A DNA stretch of 64,000 nucleotides from Phormidesmis sp. (GCA_965248535.1 CBDFJR010000002.1:2208001-2272000); one strand, 5' to 3'. Positions 1-10,811 are shown, numbered from the stretch's first letter. The notes: a model not told the origin generated them from the sequence alone. Numbers and translations: made by a program.

Positions 1-1841
1 AAATGGCTCACTTCAGACCGTTGATGGGGTCGCGCTAAGTCTCGAATGTGAGATTGAATCGCGATCGCCACCTCTCTAGCTCCTGCCAAATCAGTGTTGG
101 GTAACAGCACCGCAAACTCTTCGCCCCCATAGCGAGCAGCCAAATCAGAAGGACGGCGCACCGCCGCAGCAATGGCACTAGACACATGGCACAGACAATC
201 GTCGCCCACCTGGTGCCCATAGGTATCGTTATATTGTTTGAAATAATCAATATCACAGAGAATCAACGACAGCGGCAATTGATCGCGTTTCATTCTCTGC
301 CATTCTTGCATTAGCCGCTCATCAAACCGTCGTCGATTAGCAATTTGAGTCAGCCCATCTAAATAAGCTAGACGCTGAAGCTCTTGATTAGCTGCTTGAA
401 GAGCCACCTCAGCCGCCGCCCGATGTTCAATTTCCTGCTGAAGCGCTTGAGTCCGATCGCTCACATTTTGTTCTAACAATCGCGAATAATCTTCAAGCTG
501 TTGACGAGACTGCTGGATTTCTTGACTCATTTGGTTAAACAAGACCGCCAACGTAAACAACTCGCGAATCCCTGAAACCTGCACCTGATGTCTAAAATCG
601 CCCTGAGCAATCTTTTGACTCGCTTGACTCAACCCTCTAATCGATTTAACCAGCCAATGACTGATCAACGTGTTCAAAATAATCACCCCTGTGAGGGCCG
701 TGACACAGAGCCAGATGGTTGCTTGGGTTCCCTCATGAATTTGAGACATTACATCTGACGCGGGCACCACAATCACGATCAGCCAATCTAGACCGGGCTT
801 CTGTGAAAAAGGCACCACTTGAACAAAATGGGATTGTTGGTCGAGGTTGTAACGGATAGTTTTCTGCTCCTGAATGGTGGCAAAATCACTAAATTGTTCA
901 CGCAACGATCGGGCAGTTTCTCTAATCAATGGGGTCTTGCTATGCAGCACATTGACCCGGCGTGGTGATTGACCCGGAACCTTGCGGAAGGGCGGCTCTT
1001 GGCTAGAACTGGCCACCAACAACCCCGGTGCCTCTAATTCGTTGCGCGATCGCTCAATCAAAAACGTCATTCCTGAAGGACTAACGGGGTTTTGCGCCAA
1101 AAAGGTTTGAATGCCCAACAGTGAAATATCAGAAGCACTCACCCCGATGAATGTTCCGGCCCGATCGTAGAGGGGTTGACTGGCGGCAATAAACACAGTT
1201 CCCGGCGTAAAGCCCGGATAGATACTTGTCCAGATTGCTGTTTTGGCAGCAACCGCTTCTTTATACCACGGGCGGGTTCGAGCATCAAAAATGGGTTGCT
1301 CTACTCTGAGTAGATCAGTAAGCATTCCTTGTTCATTAGTGTCATAGTAAGTGCCGTAGTAGTGCGTCGATCGGTTGGAGACTGAGAACTGTAGATTTTG
1401 ATGCTCTCCGGGCCGCCAAACTCCAAGGCTGCTACCATCTTGTTCAGCCCCTAGGGTAACCCACGTCAGGTTACTAAACAACTGCATTTGCTGCCAGAGA
1501 TATTGTTCTCTTTGCCGATCGGGTCGATTGAAGTCTAGCCTCAAATCACCTCGACGAATTGCATCACTGTTGAGTTGATTTGCCAAGTGAGCAGTCATCA
1601 GATAACTGGTTAGTTTTTGTTCAATCCGCTTGCTAAACTCGTTCATAAGTTGGTTGGTTAAATCTTCCACCGATCGCTGTCCATTGCGATAAGAGAGATA
1701 ACCCACACACCCAACAACCGTCACAACTTGCACAATAAACGGCACGATCAGCATCCAAGGCAGAGAAATTTTCCAACCGGATTTCTGCCCTTCTTTTGAT
1801 GGTCTACTGACCTCACCAGCGCGATTTCTATGAATATTCAA
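1..1841 (-). CDS. Membrane diguanylate cyclase (TM, Cache-like sensor, TM/HAMP, GGDEF); 3' end runs off the window
   Basis: Not in the ORF track because there is no stop in the window. Manual translation of the two ends gives MLIVPFIVQVVTVVGCVGYLSYRNGQRSVEDL and LAYLDGLTQIANRRRFDERL...CDIDYFKQYNDTYGHQVGDDCL...AARYGGEEFAVLLP in the same frame. Start (TTG 1841) is uncertain. Confidence 0.88.
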   Translation of the reverse strand, partial: MNIHRNRAGEVSRPSKEGQKSGWKISLPWMLIVPFIVQVVTVVGCVGYLSYRNGQRSVEDLTNQLMNEFSKRIEQKLTSYLMTAHLANQLNSDAIRRGDLRLDFNRPDRQREQYLWQQMQLFSNLTWVTLGAEQDGSSLGVWRPGEHQNLQFSVSNRSTHYYGTYYDTNEQGMLTDLLRVEQPIFDARTRPWYKEAVAAKTAIWTSIYPGFTPGTVFIAASQPLYDRAGTFIGVSASDISLLGIQTFLAQNPVSPSGMTFLIERSRNELEAPGLLVASSSQEPPFRKVPGQSPRRVNVLHSKTPLIRETARSLREQFSDFATIQEQKTIRYNLDQQSHFVQVVPFSQKPGLDWLIVIVVPASDVMSQIHEGTQATIWLCVTALTGVIILNTLISHWLVKSIRGLSQASQKIAQGDFRHQVQVSGIRELFTLAVLFNQMSQEIQQSRQQLEDYSRLLEQNVSDRTQALQQEIEHRAAAEVALQAANQELQRLAYLDGLTQIANRRRFDERLMQEWQRMKRDQLPLSLILCDIDYFKQYNDTYGHQVGDDCLCHVSSAIAAAVRRPSDLAARYGGEEFAVLLPNTDLAGAREVAIAIQSHIRDLARPHQRSEVSH

Positions 1842-2278
1842 AGGTTTTCATCAGGTTAAACCATTCAAATCTAGTTAATTTTTTAGACAATGTAAAAAAT
1901 TAACTATGTTCGACTATTCTAGATTCTGAGTTGCCAAACTTGAACGTTGAGCCTATAGAAATTAGCGACGGTGAACTAACCAGCCAAGTGGAACAGATAT
2001 AGCCTGTGCAGGCAGAAGACAGGCTCCGTCAATCATTTGAGGCTGGCATATAAGCTGTGGGACTTCCCGATCGTCAGTCAAATTTACCGACTATTCAGGG
2101 TGCTCAACAGAAACCTTAGGTAATAGTTAGATAATGGTTTAGTTAAGCTATGGTTAAGGCATTTGAACTTACCAATTGCGGCAGATCTTAAAACAGCAAT
2201 CCTAAAACTGCCTAAAGGTGTTGTAGCGCTTAGACAGTCGCAGAAAAGTGAAGGCAATCGTAAAAAGGTCATCATGCA

Positions 2279-2322
2279 AAAAGCCTCTGGACGTCTTGCC
2301 GTGTTTCGACTCCAGAGGCTTT
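2279..2322. other. 12-bp-stem hairpin in a divergent intergenic region
   Basis: AAAGCCTCTGGA...TCCAGAGGCTTT inverted repeat. Confidence 0.6.
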
Positions 2323-2570
2323 TCGATTCGATTTGCTCCTCACACCTCTATACTATGCAGCACTCGACCGAATTTGTCTACTTTTTGATGTGACAGATCT
2401 CAAATTGGCTCAGGTGTTTGATCTCCACTCTTTGAGAATGGCAACGCTGCTGAGGCTCGATCGCCGATCAACTCCCCTAGAACTGACCAAACAAAAATCT
2501 TCCTGCTCAGAGAAATTAACTCAGGCTACAACTATTATTTGAGTGTAGGTGTTCCTTCAGGGGCAAATGT

Positions 2571-3221
2571 ATGAACCCGATTGAGTTTCCCGCCCTCCGC
2601 ATTTTGATCATAGAAGATGATCCCATGATGCAGCTAGGTTTAGAACAATCGCTTGAAGACTATCCTCAACTGACGATCGTAGGTCAAGCAACCGATGGAT
2701 ATCTGGGCGTTGAGGCGGCTCTCAGGCTAAAACCAGACCTGATCGTGATGGATATCGGTCTGCCCCGCATGGATGGCATCGCGGCCACTCAGCAGATCAA
2801 AGCAGCGTTACCCAATGTTCGGGTCGTGATGCTCACCTCTCACACCGCAGAAACTGAAATTATTGCCGCCCTCTCTAGCGGTGCAGATGCCTATTGCATC
2901 AAAGGCTCTGACATCAATCGACTGCTTGCAGCCATATCGGCGGCCCAAGAAGGAGCTACCTATTTAGATCCCCAGATCGCCCGCCGAGTCGTAGAGCACC
3001 TCAAGCCTCCCTCTGCGGCCACTAACATTGGGCAACTTTCGCCACGAGAGCTAGAGGTCTTAAAATTAATGGTCGAAGGCTGTAGCAATCCTGAAATTGC
3101 AACCGCGCTCTACCTCAGCCCCAATACGATTAAGACGCACATTCGCGGCATTATGAATAAGCTCTCAGTCGATGATCGGGTGCAGGCGGCTGTGGTTGCG
3201 CTGCGAGCAGGGTTAGTCTAA
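2571..3221 (+). CDS. NarL/LuxR-family response regulator
   Basis: Receiver domain (IIEDD, VMDIGLP, YCIK) plus LuxR HTH (LSPRELEVL...NPEIA...TIKTH). Confidence 0.95.
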   Translation: MNPIEFPALRILIIEDDPMMQLGLEQSLEDYPQLTIVGQATDGYLGVEAALRLKPDLIVMDIGLPRMDGIAATQQIKAALPNVRVVMLTSHTAETEIIAALSSGADAYCIKGSDINRLLAAISAAQEGATYLDPQIARRVVEHLKPPSAATNIGQLSPRELEVLKLMVEGCSNPEIATALYLSPNTIKTHIRGIMNKLSVDDRVQAAVVALRAGLV

Positions 3222-4376
3222 GCCGCGATCGGGCCGTTCAAAACGAGATCAAAACGAGGAACGATCGCTAACCATGATGCGTCTCTTGACCCTACCATCG
3301 CTGTTCTTTCACGATCAAAGCTCGGCTCATAACCTCAAAATCTCAACGGACTCGATCAATCGCTAAACCTTAGATTTAGTCAATTAGAGCACAAGTTTAT
3401 AGGCAAAATGACTCAACGATCGAGCACCAAAATCCTCAATTTAATCAGAGAGCAGGTGTCTGCTATAAACGCATAGATTAGAGCAAGCGTCAATATTCAT
3501 CAGCATTTCTGCGAAAAGCAACCATTTTAGAAAACTAGCGTTTTGAGAAACGTTGCTAACGCGCCGATTCCTAATCTTCGTGAGCGTTAAAGATGGGTGA
3601 GCCAGCCACGATCGGACTGCAAACGCCCTCTCTCGGCACAATGCAAGTTTTTATCAAACGAAAGTCCATCTTTCTCTAATCAGAGCTATAATGACATCTC
3701 GATTATTCTACGAAAAAGTGAAGCAGCCGCGAAAAACTTTTTTGCTAGCGAAAAAAATCTGTTAAGAAAATGACTAACAATTCAGAAGCTTCTGTTAGAA
3801 CGAGCGGTAACTGTAAATCCTTTACTAATTCGCAATAAGAAAAGTAAATCAGCAAGATTTGCAAATGTCATCATAATTTACTTTCTCACCCACAAATTAA
3901 GAAATCATCATTAGAATGAAGTTGTATGATTAAAAAGTGGTTGAGCAAGTTATGAGGAGTAGATGCTCAAGTTAAGCGCAGTTTCATCTGAGACACACTG
4001 TGTTTATGTCAATTAGACATCTGTGTCGCATTTTGCCGATAAGGTGATGAAAGTCTTGGTGCTTGAGCACCTTTTCCCGGTTCGCCTGACCCTAACCCCG
4101 CGTTGTCTTAGTGAAACGCCAACCTATTGAGAAGTGCCATAAACTGGCCTTTCTGAAGGGCTTGGTTGTCCATTCACTTTGTAAACGTCACTCAACGATC
4201 GTGCTCTATGGTTTCACTGCAATTTTTCACGCTCAGGGTAATTTAACCCTTTTGAAGGAAGGCAAACCTAGAGGTGCAACTGCTAACGTTAGGGTGCTTC
4301 ATTCTCCTGGTCTGACTGTTCCCTTCTTCAAGCCATCAGAGTTACGTCGTTTTGCCATATGCCTGGATTGAGACAG

Positions 4377-4760
4377 ATGAAATTTGAGGATATTTACCAA
4401 TTTTTTAAAGACCCACCACCCTTTTATCTCAACAAAGAGTTGGCGGTATGCTACGTTCTTGCAGTTCTCTTGCGGGACGATTCTTACGGAACTGAACTGA
4501 TCCAATTATTGGAATCAGAACATCCCCTCTATCGTCTTTCAGACACGGTGCTCTACAGCGCCCTCAAGTTTCTTGAAGACGAAGAGATGGTCACAGGCTA
4601 TTGGAAAAAAGTAGAGGGCAGAGGTCGCCCTCGCCGGATGTATCAGATCCGGTCTGAGGCAATGCCTCAAGCACAAGACCTGGCCAGGCTTTGGCAAGAT
4701 TATGCCGTCAAGCGTGATCACCCCAGTCAAATGCCTCAAGCCAGTGGCTCAGAGCGATAA
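4377..4760 (+). CDS. pex: PadR-family regulator, circadian period extender Pex
   Basis: MKFEDIYQFF.DPPP.YLNKELAVCYVL...SYGTELI...LSDTVLYSALKFLE...GRGRPRRMY; ATG at 4377 preferred. Confidence 0.88.
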   Translation: MKFEDIYQFFKDPPPFYLNKELAVCYVLAVLLRDDSYGTELIQLLESEHPLYRLSDTVLYSALKFLEDEEMVTGYWKKVEGRGRPRRMYQIRSEAMPQAQDLARLWQDYAVKRDHPSQMPQASGSER

Positions 4761-4837
4761 ACTATCCAGGTTCTAAAAGTTATCCATTGTTGACTAAACT
4801 GGAGGAGACAGGACGCTTTTACAACCTGGCTGATTTA

Positions 4838-5365
4838 ATGATTACCTCGGTCATTCCCTCTACTTTTTTTCTGACCATTTTGATGACGATCGGGCTGGTC
4901 TTTTTCATTAAAGCATCCGTCAAAGATCGAACTCAGGTGCTCAAACTGACCTCTGACCAATCAGAAGTCTCTCTGTTAACTCAACTGCGGCAATATTTTG
5001 ATCAGCGCGCTTATCGCGTCACATCACTAGATGCCGCCCAGAATGAAGTCACCTTTGAGGGCAGAGTGCGCCCTAGCCTGTTTATGGCAGGCTTTTTAGT
5101 TTCGATGGCGGCAACCGGGGCCCTGTGCCTCGTCTTGATGTTGTCTTACCTACTTCCAGATCAGTCTAAACTTTGGCTGAGTCTACTGCTCCTGTCTCCC
5201 TTGGCAGGAGTATTTTATTGGCAAGGGGCCGGGCGATCGGAGCAAGTCTCCCTCAAAATCGAGTCGGTGCCTGATGCAGCGAGCAAAAGCCTGATTACCG
5301 TCACTGCCCACCGCGACGAGCTGGCAGCGCTACAGCGCGTTTTAGGATTAAAAACGGTCGCCTAA
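4838..5365 (+). CDS. Cofactor assembly of complex C subunit B (CCB1-like)
   Basis: STFFLT.LM.IGL.FFIKASVKDRT, FEG.VRPS, AG.FYW..A.R.EQV and AHRDEL motifs; start at ATG 4838 inferred. Confidence 0.8.
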   Translation: MITSVIPSTFFLTILMTIGLVFFIKASVKDRTQVLKLTSDQSEVSLLTQLRQYFDQRAYRVTSLDAAQNEVTFEGRVRPSLFMAGFLVSMAATGALCLVLMLSYLLPDQSKLWLSLLLLSPLAGVFYWQGAGRSEQVSLKIESVPDAASKSLITVTAHRDELAALQRVLGLKTVA

Positions 5366-5378
5366 CCATCTTGTTGAG

Positions 5379-5414
5379 AAGCCCCTTCAAGGTTCTCAGC
5401 TTGAGGGGGCTTTT
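5379..5414 (+). terminator. Intrinsic terminator after the pex and ccb1-like genes
   Basis: AAGCCCCTTCAAG...CTTGAGGGGGC followed by TTTT. Confidence 0.75.
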
Positions 5415-5647
5415 GATGAGACAGACTGTGCAGAACTAACCCAACGAACTATCTCTAGCCTGAGACAGATTTTAACGATCGTTCTCAGACTTTACAATCA
5501 TCCGAAGCGCAGTTCTGCCTACTGATACCTACTGAGTGAATCAACCGTTTACTCAGCTTAATCAGCACTTTAACCGTTTCCCATGACGTTCAACCGATCA
5601 AAGCGACAGTCTGGCTAAACGAGGGAGGAGAGGGAGGATGCTGATCT

Positions 5648-5965
5648 CTAATGACTCTTTGGAGAAGCCCCAATAGGTTCTAGCTCGTCGTCGTTAGTTT
5701 TTAAACTGGGGAACAGAAAATGATTTTCTTCGACATATTGCGCCCCAAAAAGCCCCTTCTCAGCCCAGAAATACCGATCTGTGGTATGCTCGTTTCTCTT
5801 GACCAGCAACAGTGCGGGAGGAAGAATGCCTTCGGAATGAATGAACTTTCGAGCCGCCGTGACAGGTTTGTCTTCGCCACACTCGATGCTGTATTGAGGC
5901 ACATGTTCTAAGATTCTGCGCCCTTCTTGCCGCCGCCGACTCTTACGCTTACGTCTCCTTGCCAA
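5648..5965 (-). CDS. Conserved cyanobacterial protein (DUF3155-like)
   Basis: ARRRKRKSRRRQEGRRILE...KPVTAARKFI...TTDRYFWAEKGLFGAQY; TTG at 5965 preceded by an AAGGAGG RBS. Confidence 0.8.
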   Translation of the reverse strand: MARRRKRKSRRRQEGRRILEHVPQYSIECGEDKPVTAARKFIHSEGILPPALLLVKRNEHTTDRYFWAEKGLFGAQYVEENHFLFPSLKTNDDELEPIGASPKSH

Positions 5966-6357
5966 ACCCCTTACCTCCTTAATCTCAACTGTCAAGTTGT
6001 AGTGATCGTTACAAAAGCCGTCGCAAGTATAGCGGCTCTGGCCCCAGATATCAACTTCCCTTAACGCAACGATACAAAATTTTAAGCTTTCGGCAAGATG
6101 GCTTCAAGAGCGCACTCAGAACGCCTTAAATTGGCGCTTGCTGACCTCAAACTTATCGGCTGTAACTGCGTGTAGGGACGCTCCTAAACTATAGAATGAC
6201 ACGTTGAACGGGCAATATAGACTGACATTGAGCCAGCAGCGTTAGTCCGTTCATTGATTAAAATCTAGAGTGCTAGCGTGGAGTGATGCCGCTACTACTA
6301 ACTTACGAGGGTTCAATGCTTAAGTCAATCTTAATTTAAGCCGAGGTATCTGAGGGC

Positions 6358-7716
6358 GTGTTGATGCCGACCAGTTCAGAATTTGTAGCGTTGTGTCGAT
6401 CGCAAGTTGCTCTGCTGACTCAACTGTTGGGAGCTTCTCTGAGCGCGGTCTATTTGACTGATGAATTGGTCGAGGGCGTTGAAGCCCAGATTGTGCCAGT
6501 AGCGGCCTACCCTGAGTCGGTAGCCCTAGAAAAATCGAGTCAGTTTGTGCTGCCTCCAGCCGCTGAGGTTTTGGCTTCAACCCCTCGCCAGATCTCGGCC
6601 AGCTTGCGCGCTCCTAAACCGCTGACTGCTGCTGACAAGCCAAAGACTGGTTCTGCCGTGTCTCAGCCTCTTCAAAATCATCTGGTAGAGCAACGGCAGA
6701 TTGTGTTGCCGCTAATTCATGAAGGGATGGTTTTGGGTCTGTTAGTGACTGAGCGCAGCGATCGCCCGTGGACGACGTGGGAACGTAGCCAGATTGAGCG
6801 AGTGGCTGCCACGATCGCCCTCGCCTGCGTGATGGATCAACGCGCTCAGTGGCTAGAGCAAACTCGCCGTCAGCAGAGACTTTTGCAGAATGAGCAGCAT
6901 GACGTTCTAGATAATTTGCTGCATCAGTTTAAAAATCCTCTGACGGCACTTCGCACCTTTGGCAAGCTTTTATTAAGGCGCTTGCGACCTGAAGACTCTA
7001 ATCGAGAAGTCGCAACCAGCGTTGTGCGAGAGAGCGATCGCTTACAAGATCTCTTGCAGCAGTTCGATCGGGCTATTGATCTAGAAGAGATAGACCTGAT
7101 ATCAGTGGAGGTTGGTGAAGACCCGCTATCTGGGGTCGATCGACCGATTCCATTACTTCCGGCGGGAGTTTTGACGGGTTCAAGTCTGACGTTAGAAGCT
7201 TGCTCAGTCACCGAAATTTTGCAGCCCCTTTTGAAGTCGGCCGAAGCGATCGCCCAAGAAGAAGACTTAGCAATCCGAGAATCGATTTCAGCCAATTTGC
7301 CGTTGGTGTGGGCAAATCAGGGGGCGCTGCGCGAGGTGTTGAGCAATTTGATTGACAATGCGCTCAAATACACTGCGCCCGGCGGACAGGTGCATATTCG
7401 AGCCGATGCCCAAGACGATCGGGTGATTTTGCGCGTCACCAACACTGGGCACAGCATTCCACCGCAAGATCTGCCTCATTTATTTGAGCGACACTATCGC
7501 GGGGTGCAGGCAAGCACCGAGATTCCGGGGACGGGTTTGGGGCTAGCGATCGCTCGTCGCTTAGTAGAGCAAATGCACGGCGAAATTGAAGTCTTTAGCC
7601 CCATGCAAACGGGGGACTGGATCTCAGATCATTCTGACCAGCCGCCCAAAGAGCAAGGGACAACGTTTGTGGTGAAACTAGCCGTTGCGAACAGAAGGGA
7701 TGAATTAGATGCCTGA
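6358..7716 (+). CDS. hik2: GAF-domain sensor histidine kinase (Hik2/CSK-like)
   Basis: SSEFVALCRSQ N-terminus, H-box LLHQFKNPLTALRTFGKLL, N/G boxes NLIDNALKY and GTGLGL. Confidence 0.8.
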   Translation: MLMPTSSEFVALCRSQVALLTQLLGASLSAVYLTDELVEGVEAQIVPVAAYPESVALEKSSQFVLPPAAEVLASTPRQISASLRAPKPLTAADKPKTGSAVSQPLQNHLVEQRQIVLPLIHEGMVLGLLVTERSDRPWTTWERSQIERVAATIALACVMDQRAQWLEQTRRQQRLLQNEQHDVLDNLLHQFKNPLTALRTFGKLLLRRLRPEDSNREVATSVVRESDRLQDLLQQFDRAIDLEEIDLISVEVGEDPLSGVDRPIPLLPAGVLTGSSLTLEACSVTEILQPLLKSAEAIAQEEDLAIRESISANLPLVWANQGALREVLSNLIDNALKYTAPGGQVHIRADAQDDRVILRVTNTGHSIPPQDLPHLFERHYRGVQASTEIPGTGLGLAIARRLVEQMHGEIEVFSPMQTGDWISDHSDQPPKEQGTTFVVKLAVANRRDELDA

Positions 7717-7776
7717 TGGTTTCGTTCTTGGGGGAGGTTGTGAATTAATTAGGCTTGGTGACTGGCAGGGTCTAGG

Positions 7777-7797
7777 GGGCACGGCAGTGCCGTGCCC
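7777..7797. repeat. REP-like palindrome
   Basis: GGGCACGGCA-G-TGCCGTGCCC between convergent genes; related copies at ~42096 and ~53261. Confidence 0.65.
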
Positions 7798-7858
7798 GTA
7801 CTGGGTCTGCTGCGCTAGGGCGGGGGCTGGTTTTGTTTAATCCATAATCCCTGGGTGT

Positions 7859-9097
7859 CTATCGGGGCAAGACCAGATCGCTATTGAGTCGCAGATTTAG
7901 GTCAGCGTTGGGTTTGATAGAGATCAGATCAACTTTATCGCTGCCGAAGATCAAACCTGCTAGGGCACCGGCCCCTGTGCCGATCAAGACTTCTCCAGCT
8001 TTGATGTTGCGATCGCCCGTCACTGCCGAGATTCCCGCTGCGGCCGCAGAACCTAAAGCAGCATCTTTGATAATCGAGCCAACATTGGCACCGCGCCGGA
8101 CGGTTTCGGTTTCGGTAATGGCGTTAGACGTGGCCTCGATCGCGATCGGTTGACCATTGGCCACCGTCAGTTGACTCGCAACAAACTGCGCCTGACCATT
8201 GGCCACCACCAGTTGACCTGACACCTGACTGCCCGCCGGAATCAGCACGGCCCCAGTAGAGGTAACGATGTTTTGAGCCACCTCAAGGGTGATGGGGGTC
8301 GGGTTTGGCTCATTCTTAGCGAGCAAAATCTTGTCAGCTTTTGCATAGCGGAGAGGAATTGAGGTGCCCGCCGGAATTTTCACCTGCTGGGGCTGAGGCG
8401 TAACGGCCTGACCCACAATGTAGGGAGACTGAATCGCGGAAACCTGCCCAGTGCTCACCAACGCCTGATAGATAAAAGCAGCCACTTCAGCGCGGGTCGC
8501 CACCTGGTTGGGGTTGAGCAACTGCACATCGGGATAGTTGACAACAATGCGGCGTTCGGCGGCGGCGGCGATGCTGCCTCGCGCATAGCCCGGAATGTCA
8601 GCCGCGTCGCGGAAGAGTTGCAGCGTGGTGTCAGCCGGGGCCGTGCTGGCATATTGCAGCCCGTTGGCTAGAGAAACCAGCGATTGAGCGCGAGGAATGT
8701 TTTCACCGGGGCGGAAAGAACCACCGGGATAGCCTGCCAAAAAGCCGCTGGCATAAGCTGTTTGAATGGCTTCATAGCCCCAATAGCTAGTCGGAACATC
8801 GGTGAAGTTGATCGCGCTCCGAACTTTGGGCGCATTGGGAAAAGCCTGACGAATCATGGCAGCAAACTGAGCACGGGTCACTGGGTCATTGGGGCGAAAC
8901 GAGCCATCGGGGAACCCTTTGATGACATTCCGGGAGGCTAGCTCTTGAATAAAGCTACTTGCCCAATAGTTTGAAGAGACATCAGAGAAAGTAGTTTGAG
9001 CAAATGCAGGCGCAGAAATCACGATCGGAGCCGTTGCAGATGCCGTGATGCCCAAGGTGAGTAAGAGAGCAGTTCCAGACTTAAAAGCGATAGACAT
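7859..9097 (-). CDS. S-layer homology (SLH) domain protein
   Basis: Signal peptide (APAFAQ) and three SLH repeats (FSDV..NYWA; GFPDGSFRPNDPVTRAQFA; GYPGGSFRP; ATRAEVAA). Confidence 0.9.
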   Translation of the reverse strand: MSIAFKSGTALLLTLGITASATAPIVISAPAFAQTTFSDVSSNYWASSFIQELASRNVIKGFPDGSFRPNDPVTRAQFAAMIRQAFPNAPKVRSAINFTDVPTSYWGYEAIQTAYASGFLAGYPGGSFRPGENIPRAQSLVSLANGLQYASTAPADTTLQLFRDAADIPGYARGSIAAAAERRIVVNYPDVQLLNPNQVATRAEVAAFIYQALVSTGQVSAIQSPYIVGQAVTPQPQQVKIPAGTSIPLRYAKADKILLAKNEPNPTPITLEVAQNIVTSTGAVLIPAGSQVSGQLVVANGQAQFVASQLTVANGQPIAIEATSNAITETETVRRGANVGSIIKDAALGSAAAAGISAVTGDRNIKAGEVLIGTGAGALAGLIFGSDKVDLISIKPNADLNLRLNSDLVLPR

Positions 9098-9542
9098 ATG
9101 AGTCGTTCCCAACTGATTGCGTTAATTTTTAACTTGATCAAATAGACAGTGAATGGGTTAAGAAATCTTGTCATCTGACTACAGATAGATTTGTAATCTT
9201 TTCTGAAATATCGTTGTAGATTGCAGATTTTTAACGCCCACTCTGTCCACCTTTATGTATCCCAAGACCTTGGACAAAAGAGAGATGTTTCCAGAACTAT
9301 GACACTTTGAGAAGTGGTTCTAAATCAGCCTATTAATGAGGCCTTAAATGAGTTCAAATCAGCCGTCTTTGTAGATTACGAAATATTTTCGCTAAACTGG
9401 CTGCCCATCTACCGTATGATTGACAGCAAGATAGCAAAGCTAGTTTCTCCCATCATCGCTATCAAGTCTGACTCAAGCGCTCTCTGCAAGATCACTGCCC
9501 AGACTAGAATTCAGAGCACTGATTCGTCAAAAGCCCCCCCTT

Positions 9543-10811
9543 ATGATGTCAGCGGTTGACTATCTTCAAGCCTTGCAAGACTGCTGCCGAGACGACGAGG
9601 CGTTTGCACGACTCAGAGAACTGCTCATTCATCTGCCCTCCAGTGACGAGAGCCTGCGAGACTCAGAGCAAAAGTTTGCTATCGCATTTCGCTGTAGCCC
9701 CAGCGCGATCGCCCTCACGACCCTACCCGAAGGACGACTGTTTGAAGTCAACGATCGCTTCTGCGAGATCGTCGGCTACTCAAGAGAAGAGGTGATCGGG
9801 TACACGGTTTCAGAACTTGGCATTTGGGCAAATCTCGACGATCGGGTCAAAATCATTCAACTGCTGCAAAAGCAAGGATTTGTTCGCAACTCAGAGCTAG
9901 ATTTTTTAAGGAAATCAGGAGAAAAAATCGTTGCGCTCTTTTCGGCTGAGGTGATTTATATTCAGGATCAGCCCTGCGTCTTGAGTGTGACCCATGACAT
10001 TACTGAAATTGCCCAACTCTATCAGCAGATTCAGCGGCTCAACGCCGGGCTAGAGCGCCAAGTTGCCCAACGCACTGCCGAACTGCAACAAAAAATGCAT
10101 GAACTTCAAGAACTCAGTCAGCTTAAAGAAGATTTTTTGCACGCTGTCTCCCATGATTTAAGAACTCCGATGATGGGGCTGGCGATCGTGACTCAAAATC
10201 TGCTCAAACATGGCTCAAATAAATCAGAGATCATCCCAGTTGCTCGCTCAATATTACACCGCATCTCCCACAGTTGCGATCGTCAGCTTGATCTGATTCA
10301 CTCACTTTTAGAAGCCCATTCTAGCGATCGCAAAGGCATAGTTTTGCACTATGAATCTCTTCAACTAGATGCATTCCTGAAAACCGTCATTGAAGATTTA
10401 GAGCCTTTGATTTTAGAGAATCAGGCCACCTTAGCCTATCAGAGTGAGCCGACCCTACCCTTTGTCACGGTCGATCGCATCCAGCTTCAACGAGTGTTTG
10501 AAAACCTGATTACAAACGCCCTTCAGCACAATCCACCTGGGCTAGCTCTGACCTTGAGGGCAACCGTCAATGCTGACTTAGTGTACTGCGAGATTCAAGA
10601 CAACGGCATTGGCATGAAGCCCGAAGACTGTGAGCATTTGTTCGATCGCTATGCCCGCGGCCCACGAGCACGGCGATCGGCAGGCATCGGGCTAGGGCTT
10701 TATCTCTGTCGGCAGATTATCACCGCTCACGGCGGGCAGATTGGAGCCATCAGCCACTTGGGGAAAGGGGCAAGATTTTGGTTTACGCTGCCGATAGGAG
10801 GCGACGGATGA
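9543..10811 (+). CDS. PAS-domain sensor histidine kinase
   Basis: PAS (EVNDRFCEIVGYSREEVIG), H-box AVSHDLRTP, NLITNAL, DNGIG, GIGLGL. Confidence 0.93.
   Translation: MMSAVDYLQALQDCCRDDEAFARLRELLIHLPSSDESLRDSEQKFAIAFRCSPSAIALTTLPEGRLFEVNDRFCEIVGYSREEVIGYTVSELGIWANLDDRVKIIQLLQKQGFVRNSELDFLRKSGEKIVALFSAEVIYIQDQPCVLSVTHDITEIAQLYQQIQRLNAGLERQVAQRTAELQQKMHELQELSQLKEDFLHAVSHDLRTPMMGLAIVTQNLLKHGSNKSEIIPVARSILHRISHSCDRQLDLIHSLLEAHSSDRKGIVLHYESLQLDAFLKTVIEDLEPLILENQATLAYQSEPTLPFVTVDRIQLQRVFENLITNALQHNPPGLALTLRATVNADLVYCEIQDNGIGMKPEDCEHLFDRYARGPRARRSAGIGLGLYLCRQIITAHGGQIGAISHLGKGARFWFTLPIGGDG

Noticed and set aside
35..256. 73 aa minus-strand ORF
   Set aside because: It is an out-of-frame shadow of the GGDEF domain.
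3441..4505. Short ORFs upstream of and overlapping pex
   Set aside because: They have no recognisable motifs, overlap each other on opposite strands, and lie in AT-rich regulatory-type sequence.
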